Origin: an uncultured Flavobacterium sp.
GTDB taxonomy: Bacteria; Bacteroidota; Bacteroidia; Flavobacteriales; Flavobacteriaceae
NCBI GenBank assembly: GCA_963512955.1
Contig: CAUPOP010000010.1
Span: 14,157-78,156, forward strand
Reading direction: 5' to 3'
DNA: 64,000 bases
Positions within the stretch are counted from its first letter, which is position 1. Every line of letters starts with the position of its first letter. This document shows positions 18,061 to 24,314 of this stretch, in pieces. Under the pieces are notes generated by a model. The model worked only from the letters and a program-made list of their open reading frames with translations. It had not been told where the DNA came from and made no database searches. The translations under genes and the position numbers were made by a program.

Positions 18061-19781
18061 TGAATATCAAACCTACAATAATAAAAGAGTATTTACAATC
18101 TTTAAAGGAAGATAATGAATTAGATGTAATCTTTACAATTTTACTTCAAACACTTGAATATGAAATACTCTCTACTCCAAAAGAATATAAAGGCTTTTCT
18201 CAATATGGCAAAGACATAGTAACTGTAAGAGTAGATCCTACGGATGGTATAAAAAAACGATTCTATTTTGAGTTAAAAGCTGGTGATATTGACTCACAAA
18301 AATGGAATATGCCCGATAATGGAGTACGAGATACTCTTAGAATGACTGTCGATGCCGATTTTAAAACTACTTATAAAGATTTCGATAAGTTACCAATTAA
18401 AGTTATTTTGGTATTTAATGGAATGGTAAGTGAAAAAATTCGAACATCACTTAATGGTTTTTCTCAAAAAGAATTTATTGAAAAAGGTATTGAATTTGAA
18501 GAGTGGAATATCTATAAAATTTCTGAATTACTCTCAAATGAAATTTTTAGTAAATATTTATTGATTAATGATGAAAATATTAGACTTTTCAACAGAGTTT
18601 TAGTAAATCTAAATGTAGGTGAAAATGTTTCAAATGATTTTGATTCACTATTGAATAATTTACTATTTAAAAATTCATTTACTAAAACAAAAGGCAAATT
18701 AAGTCGCTCACAAAAACTTATATTTCAATCCGTTAACTTAATAGCATATATAATTTATACAGAATCAAAAAACTACAATAACTTATCAATTGCAAAAAAA
18801 TACTTAACTCATTTAATACTAAAATATTGGTATTGGATTTTAAAAAACAAATTAGAAACGAACAAAGAAATTTTAGCTTTATTCAGTCAATTTTACATTT
18901 TTTATAATTCCACTATTGAAGAACTTTTAGAAAGGAATTTAAATCTATTAGAATTAAAGGATGGCTTACACTATGAAAATGGAGGTAGATATGAACAGAT
19001 AGGTTATACAATTAGAAGTTATGATTTTAATGTATTACTAAATAGTTTTATTATCTCTTTAAAAGATAAAATTCAAAAAGACCAGTATAAAGGCTATAAT
19101 GATAGAATAAACAACACCTTACAGAATATAAATGTTCTTTCAAGACCTTTACTAGATATTCACTCAATTCCTATAATTGACAATATTAATCTATTAATTT
19201 ATTTTGGCGACATTGAATCAGCGAAGCAATATCTTATGAATATATTAGGTTATTTAAAGTTTCTTAAAAAGAAATATAATAAATTTCCGGATGCAGCAAA
19301 CAATATAGAGAGTGTAATAAAATATACAGTTACTGGCATAAAACCTGTTTATTATATTGATTCTGTTTCACCATTATTAGCAATTATAATGGAATATATC
19401 GCAATATTAGATTTAGAAAAAGCATACTATGAAACAAGAAAATTCATCATTGAAAATGATATTACTTTAGGTTTATTTATTCCGCATCATAGCATTAATT
19501 CCAATTCAAAACATCTTATTGAAGATACTGAAAATGATTTAGAAGAACAATTATTTTCGAGGTCAGTTAATGAAGGTTATCAAATTGAAACAAGTATGTA
19601 TTCTGAATTTGACAAAGAATTATCATTTCAAGATTTCAAGAGTAAAATTTTAAAAAGAAAAGAAGAATTTCAATATGAATACAGAACTGATAAATATGGT
19701 TTCTCTTCATTAAGAACAATTGCTCATTATTATTTCAAAACACCTTATTTCCCTGATTATTGGCGTTATCATTTAAAATAG
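18060..19781 (+). CDS. hypothetical protein, pAgo-associated, with possible N-terminal PD-(D/E)xK nuclease fold
   Basis: TAATG stop/start overlap with the upstream gene. LQTLEYEIL ... QYGKDIVTV ... RFYFELKAGDI gives E-helix, D52 and E71-x-K73 in PD-(D/E)xK order and spacing. The remaining ~400 aa look helical. Confidence 0.55.
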   Translation: MNIKPTIIKEYLQSLKEDNELDVIFTILLQTLEYEILSTPKEYKGFSQYGKDIVTVRVDPTDGIKKRFYFELKAGDIDSQKWNMPDNGVRDTLRMTVDADFKTTYKDFDKLPIKVILVFNGMVSEKIRTSLNGFSQKEFIEKGIEFEEWNIYKISELLSNEIFSKYLLINDENIRLFNRVLVNLNVGENVSNDFDSLLNNLLFKNSFTKTKGKLSRSQKLIFQSVNLIAYIIYTESKNYNNLSIAKKYLTHLILKYWYWILKNKLETNKEILALFSQFYIFYNSTIEELLERNLNLLELKDGLHYENGGRYEQIGYTIRSYDFNVLLNSFIISLKDKIQKDQYKGYNDRINNTLQNINVLSRPLLDIHSIPIIDNINLLIYFGDIESAKQYLMNILGYLKFLKKKYNKFPDAANNIESVIKYTVTGIKPVYYIDSVSPLLAIIMEYIAILDLEKAYYETRKFIIENDITLGLFIPHHSINSNSKHLIEDTENDLEEQLFSRSVNEGYQIETSMYSEFDKELSFQDFKSKILKRKEEFQYEYRTDKYGFSSLRTIAHYYFKTPYFPDYWRYHLK

Positions 19782-19857
19782 GAACGCTATCGCTGTCGTA
19801 TTTGCATCCCACCCAGCCCAACGCTCCCAGCCGCACAAGTGGTTTCTCCCACCGCAC

Positions 19858-20598
19858 TCAGCACTTGTTTCCCCAACGGTACAGCACTTTTATTTTCCTG
19901 TTTTATTTTCCCAACCCCATCGCACATAAAACAGGAAAATAAAAGAGCTGTACTTCCAACCCTAAAAACAAGAGCTGAAACCCAACGCTAAAACCACTCC
20001 CAAGCTATTTTACATAATGAAGGCAACATTATAGTTCAAAAAAAAGAGATAATATTGGAAAAACGTTATTTTTTTGAACTATAATTTCATTATGTAAAAT
20101 AGCCGCACTCCAACGCTCCCACCCGAAATAGGAACAGTATTTTCATTGTTTTTTGAAGGTGCAATACAATTCCATAACAACACTTCAGCAAGCATTGAAA
20201 ACCCTAATTTCAATCAACACTCTTGCACCCTCAAAAATCAAAACCAAGAAAGAGTAACAAATTTTAGTGCTGGATATAAAGCAGTTTTATTTGTTTTTTC
20301 AATGGTTTTTATATCCAACCCTTAAAATCTGTTACCCTTTCAGAACTACCCGATTCAAAAAGAAAATCCCACCAAAAAACAACTCCCGATTAAGTCAAGG
20401 AAACAAAACAAAAAAAATAAAAAAAAGAATGCAAAGGTAAGTTTCGGGTTTACAAAAAAGCAAGTTCAAGCCTACGGTTTTTAAAAAAATCTCCACCCAA
20501 ACATTTCCAATCCACTTCCCGATTAAACAACGAAAACCCTATTCCAGTTCAACCATATGGGTAGTATTTTTTTAAAAAAACTTGCTTTTTTGAAACCC
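19858..20598 (-). other. cluster of five long imperfect inverted repeats in an ORF-free 0.88-kb region (candidate structured RNA or replication/transfer origin)
   Basis: Hairpin A is 19858-19978 (24/25-bp inner stem). B is 20003-20103 (18+17 bp). C is 20150-20237 (14/15 bp). D is 20248-20341 (~30 bp). E is 20446-20598 (20 bp). All four transition mismatches are A.C on + and therefore G.U on -, hence the tentative minus-strand call. Confidence 0.5.
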
Positions 20599-20661
20599 TA
20601 CACTAGAACAGATGGCTTTCTTTTTTTTCCTTTTTTCTTTTGAAAAATTTTATGGCGAAGC

Positions 20662-21111
20662 ATGAAATGCGAGCATAACTTTAAATCCGATATTATGACT
20701 TATCACAACGTATTTACACACCAAAAAGACAGAATTTACAGCCAACCCCACTTCTTCGTTTTAAGCAAAGGAAATAATAGCGGAAAACCTCTAAAAGAAC
20801 CTTGCCCGAACTGCTTCGTAATACTGGTAAAAACCGAAGAAGAAGCCGAAAACCTCTATTGGATAGCATTAAGCTTATGGAAATCAAAATTCTGGTATCA
20901 ACACTTAGTCGGTTCAGTTATTCCGTTTCTTCGATTACAGGAGTTTAAAAGCAATTTCAGAGATAAAGTGCTACAAATCTACAAGGAACACAAAAAACAC
21001 ACTGAAAACGTGGAAAAACTCAAAAAACTAGAAAGTCTATCAACTATCTACAGCAAAAATTTAGACACCATAGAAAGATTAAAAGCTGCAATACTTCATT
21101 ATTACCTGTAA
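20662..21111 (+). CDS. hypothetical protein
   Basis: 149-aa ORF followed by a clear terminator; no family recognised. Confidence 0.5.
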   Translation: MKCEHNFKSDIMTYHNVFTHQKDRIYSQPHFFVLSKGNNSGKPLKEPCPNCFVILVKTEEEAENLYWIALSLWKSKFWYQHLVGSVIPFLRLQEFKSNFRDKVLQIYKEHKKHTENVEKLKKLESLSTIYSKNLDTIERLKAAILHYYL

Positions 21112-21115
21112 TCCA

Positions 21116-21140
21116 AGCCCGATTTTTTCGGGCTTTTTCT
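21116..21140 (+). terminator. rho-independent terminator
   Basis: AGCCCGA-tttttt(loop)-TCGGGCT followed by TTTTCT. Confidence 0.7.
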
Positions 21141-21161
21141 TTAAAATTCTCATTGAAAATT

Positions 21162-21226
21162 TGTCATATATGACACTAAAAAAATGTCCCTGCATTATTT
21201 TGCACTTTGACATAAATAACTTGTCA
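21162..21226. promoter_or_regulatory. candidate operator sites built from TGTCA/TGACA half-sites
   Basis: Perfect 14-bp palindrome TGTCATATATGACA at 21162-21175 and TGACA-N9-TGTCA at 21208-21226, upstream of the 21383 gene. Confidence 0.35.
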
Positions 21227-21382
21227 TAACCCAAGCAAAGCAACAAAACGCAAAAGAATGCAAAGCCTTATTTAACAAGAGTTTAGCACAATTATTGCCC
21301 TATATTTACACAAATGGTACAGCTCTTGGACAAAGCCGTACCAAGTCCAAGTAAGTTATTAATTCATAAAAATTTTCATCAA

Positions 21383-22027
21383 ATGGGAAAAATTAATCAA
21401 GGTATTCTAGGAGGAGTATCAGGTAAAGTAGGTAATGTTATTGGTGGTAACTGGAAAGGGATTGACTACATCAGAGTTAAACCTTCAAATGTTGCAAATC
21501 CAAGAACAGCAGGTCAAGTAATGCAAAGAACAAAATTTACTGTGACTTTAGAGTTTTTACAAGCGATTAAGCCTTTTGTTAAAGCAGGTTACAGAAACCT
21601 TGCAAACAAAAAGACAGAGTTTAATGCTGCAATGTCTTACATCTTAAACAATGCAATTACAGGAGTAGATCCTGATTACATTGTAGATTACACATTAGCA
21701 CTTTTGAGTAGAGGTGGTTTATCAATGCCTTTAAACCCTTCAGCTGATGCTTCAACTTCTGGAGAGGTTACATTCACTTGGGGAGACAACTCGGCTGAGA
21801 GTAATGCAAATGCTACTGATAAAGTAATGTTGTTAGTTTACAACCCAGCTAAAAAAGAATCTGTTTCAATTGTTGGGGATGGAAACACTCGTGTTGATGG
21901 TTCTTACAACGTAGCTATTCCAACTACCTATGCAGGAGACACTTTAGAGCTTTTTATAGCGTTTATGTCGGCTGATGGAACACAACTATCAAACAGCATG
22001 TATTTAGGCTCTCAAATCGCAGGATAA
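21383..22027 (+). CDS. DUF6266-like hypothetical protein
   Basis: MGKINQGILGGVSGKVGNVIGGNWKGIDYIRVKP N-terminus resembles my recollection of Bacteroidota DUF6266 proteins. Internal ATG at 21383 preferred over 21314. Confidence 0.5.
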   Translation: MGKINQGILGGVSGKVGNVIGGNWKGIDYIRVKPSNVANPRTAGQVMQRTKFTVTLEFLQAIKPFVKAGYRNLANKKTEFNAAMSYILNNAITGVDPDYIVDYTLALLSRGGLSMPLNPSADASTSGEVTFTWGDNSAESNANATDKVMLLVYNPAKKESVSIVGDGNTRVDGSYNVAIPTTYAGDTLELFIAFMSADGTQLSNSMYLGSQIAG

Positions 22028-22046
22028 GTTTAAATTACTTAAAATT

Positions 22047-22075
22047 AAGTCGCTCATAGTAGCGACTTTTTTTAT
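22047..22075 (+). terminator. rho-independent terminator
   Basis: AAGTCGCT-catagt-AGCGACTT followed by a T-run. Confidence 0.75.
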
Positions 22076-22155
22076 ATATTTACATGCTGATAAATAAATC
22101 AACTTTCCTTTATTTACTTGTTTTTAAGCCTTTGTTTATAAGAATTTGATGCTTA

Positions 22156-22168
22156 TTTGTTGCCCAAA
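22156..22168. repeat. right att candidate (direct repeat of 1901-1913)
   Basis: TTTGTTGCCCAAA is identical to 1901-1913. With flanks, TTATTTGTTGCCCAAA also matches 1846-1860 apart from one C indel. Confidence 0.6.
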
Positions 22169-22279
22169 CCTTGTAAAGCATTATAAATACTACTAACTTC
22201 AAATATTGTATCGGAAAGTAAGTTATTTATGTATTTTTAAAATTATTTTTAAAGCTTGAAAAACTATCATAATCCAAAA

Positions 22280-22999
22280 ATGAAAAAATATTTTCTACAC
22301 CTCAACAATGAAACTATCGGCCCTTTTGCCCTTGAGGAATTAAAAGCTAATCATATAACTCCATCAACTCCAGTGTGGTTTGAAGGAATGGAAAACTGGC
22401 AATATGCAACTGATATTCCTGAATTAAAATCAGTCTTAATTGCAACTCCACCACCTATAAAATCATTTAATGCGGCTCCTCCTGTAGCCAGAATAACACA
22501 TACTGAAAAACCATCAACTATTTTAGGATTGTCAAAAAATGCTTTTTGGGGAAGTATTGTATTGTTACTTTTAACCATTGGAACCATAGCTTTTGATAAC
22601 TATCAAGATACTCGTAGCGAAGAATTGGAACGTAAAAACAAAATAACAGAAAGAGAAAATCAACAGTTTTTATTGCAACAAAAAGAAATTGAAGAACAAA
22701 AAGCGCGTATTGCACAAACTGAAAAAGCCGAAGCGGAACGACAGTTAAATGAACGCAAACAAACTATAAACAGCCGACTTATTGAGATTAAATCCTTGCT
22801 TGCTGAAAACAAAACCAATTTAGAAGATGCTAAAAATAAATTAGTAAAAGCTAAAGATTTTAAAGTTCTACGCACTAGCAACGAAAGAAATGAAGAAATT
22901 AATACGTTGCAAACACAAATTGATTTTTTGAAAGACGAAATCTTAAAACTTGAAGAAGAGTCAAATCAATTGAGTTTAGAATTAGAGAGAATTAATTAA
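22280..22999 (+). CDS. GYF_2 (DUF4339) domain membrane protein with C-terminal coiled coil
   Basis: MKKYFLHLNNETIGPFALEELKANHITPSTPVWFEGMENWQYATDIPEL, one hydrophobic segment AFWGSIVLLLLTIGTIAF, then Glu/Lys/Gln-rich heptad-like sequence. ATG at 22280 preferred over TTG at 22256. Confidence 0.65.
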   Translation: MKKYFLHLNNETIGPFALEELKANHITPSTPVWFEGMENWQYATDIPELKSVLIATPPPIKSFNAAPPVARITHTEKPSTILGLSKNAFWGSIVLLLLTIGTIAFDNYQDTRSEELERKNKITERENQQFLLQQKEIEEQKARIAQTEKAEAERQLNERKQTINSRLIEIKSLLAENKTNLEDAKNKLVKAKDFKVLRTSNERNEEINTLQTQIDFLKDEILKLEEESNQLSLELERIN

Positions 23000-23033
23000 A
23001 AATATTTGATCTTTTGGTTTAGCCAAAAATATA

Positions 23034-23888
23034 TTAGACCGTTTGTGAGACTGTAATTAAAACTATTGCCAATAACGCAAATAGCAGTCCTAAATAATTC
23101 CATTTGGATAGTTTTTCCTTAAAAACCAATACTCCTACTACACTACCTATTATAATTACGCCCATATTCATTCCTCCAAAAACAGTTGACGGGTTTTGAG
23201 CAAATTCCTTATGTGCCTTGAGGTAAAAAAGAATATTACCAAAATTTACAATTCCTACCAAAGTTCCAAAGAGAATACTTTTAGGATATATTTTTACTTT
23301 CCTAAAAACTATTTCGTAAGCAACTACAAAAAACATTATGCACATTGCGATTCCAAAAACAAAGAATAATGAAGTAGTATAAGGCAAAGTGGTATAACTA
23401 GCAATTTGCTTGAAAAGAATATCAATAACACCAAAACCAATAAAAACCACAACTGGGTATTCCCATTTATTTTTGGTATTTTCTGACGGCTTAGCAAGTA
23501 TCAACAAAAGAGCTGGAAATCCAATTAGAAAAGCTATAATCTTAATTACACTGAAATCTTCTTTGAATAAAAACCAGGCTGCCAAGATAGGAATAAACAA
23601 AGAAAGTCGTTGAGCCGCATCAGTTTTTACAATTCCCATATGCTTTATAGAAGCCACTAAAAAAAGAAAAACTGTGGGTAATAAAATACCTAATGCTGCA
23701 TATATCATCCAAGGAGCATCTGATTGCAATTCGGTAAAATCTGGTTGAAGTGAAAAGTAACAAAGTATAAGAGCAAACACGTAATTAGAAGCTACAATTT
23801 GGGTAGTACTACGTATATTTTTTCGAGCAATTTTAAAAAGAACTCCAACAGTTACGCTGCAAATAATACTTAAAACTAGATATAACAT
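23034..23888 (-). CDS. EamA/DMT-family transporter
   Basis: 284 aa, about ten hydrophobic helices, duplicated EamA-like architecture. Confidence 0.6.
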   Translation of the reverse strand: MLYLVLSIICSVTVGVLFKIARKNIRSTTQIVASNYVFALILCYFSLQPDFTELQSDAPWMIYAALGILLPTVFLFLVASIKHMGIVKTDAAQRLSLFIPILAAWFLFKEDFSVIKIIAFLIGFPALLLILAKPSENTKNKWEYPVVVFIGFGVIDILFKQIASYTTLPYTTSLFFVFGIAMCIMFFVVAYEIVFRKVKIYPKSILFGTLVGIVNFGNILFYLKAHKEFAQNPSTVFGGMNMGVIIIGSVVGVLVFKEKLSKWNYLGLLFALLAIVLITVSQTV

Positions 23889-24314
23889 GACTTTATATTT
23901 ATTACGCTAAAGTACTATTTATATGTTTATTCAAAACTAGAAATAAAGCCAAATCAAGATACTTCATTCGAGTTTTCATTTTTGTAAATGAAGCCAATTA
24001 GTATTGTTTTTTTTTATGATTTAAATAGATTTTAAATTATTCGTAATTAAGAAGAATAAAATTATCAAATTAAAGATATACAAATAAAAAATACTTGAAT
24101 TATTATTATATAATTTCAATAAATAGTGTTTTTTTTTCAATATTTGTATATTAAGAAATAATTATAAAAAACAATCCGAATCTAAGTAGATTAGATTTGT
24201 TCATTTTTGGCAAGCAAAAAAAATAATAGTCTTATTTTGAATAATTTATTGTTGTTCACGTTAAAAACTACTATTTTTCGCTACTATAAAATCCAGAAAA
24301 CATAACATTAACAA

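Larger units (their letters stand above)
1901..22168 (+). mobile_element. ~20 kb integrative island (tyrosine integrase type) carrying replication and defence cargo
   Basis: 13-bp direct repeat TTTGTTGCCCAAA at both ends, with the integrase and xis-like gene at the left end. All genes are co-oriented. The left boundary could instead be the 1847-1860 copy. Confidence 0.7.

Noticed and set aside
19119-19170. R-x5-H (RPLLDIH) in the 18060 product as a HEPN RNase motif.
   Set aside because: It is a single short pattern without the surrounding helical HEPN context or a second conserved acidic or polar position. The chance occurrence of such a pattern in a 573-aa protein is high.
19760-19942. 60-aa + strand ORF (MALSFKIGTLSLSYLHPTQPNAPSRTSGF...) spanning the end of the 18060 gene and hairpin A.
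   Set aside because: It overlaps the 3' end of a real gene and runs through a 25-bp inverted repeat. Its Pro/Ser/Thr-rich product simply reflects the C-rich strand, and there is no promoter or coding-like periodicity.
19782-20661. Possibility that the repeat-rich gap is a CRISPR array.
   Set aside because: The repeats are inverted (hairpins) with different sequences. They are not a regularly spaced identical direct repeat, and there are no cas genes in the window.
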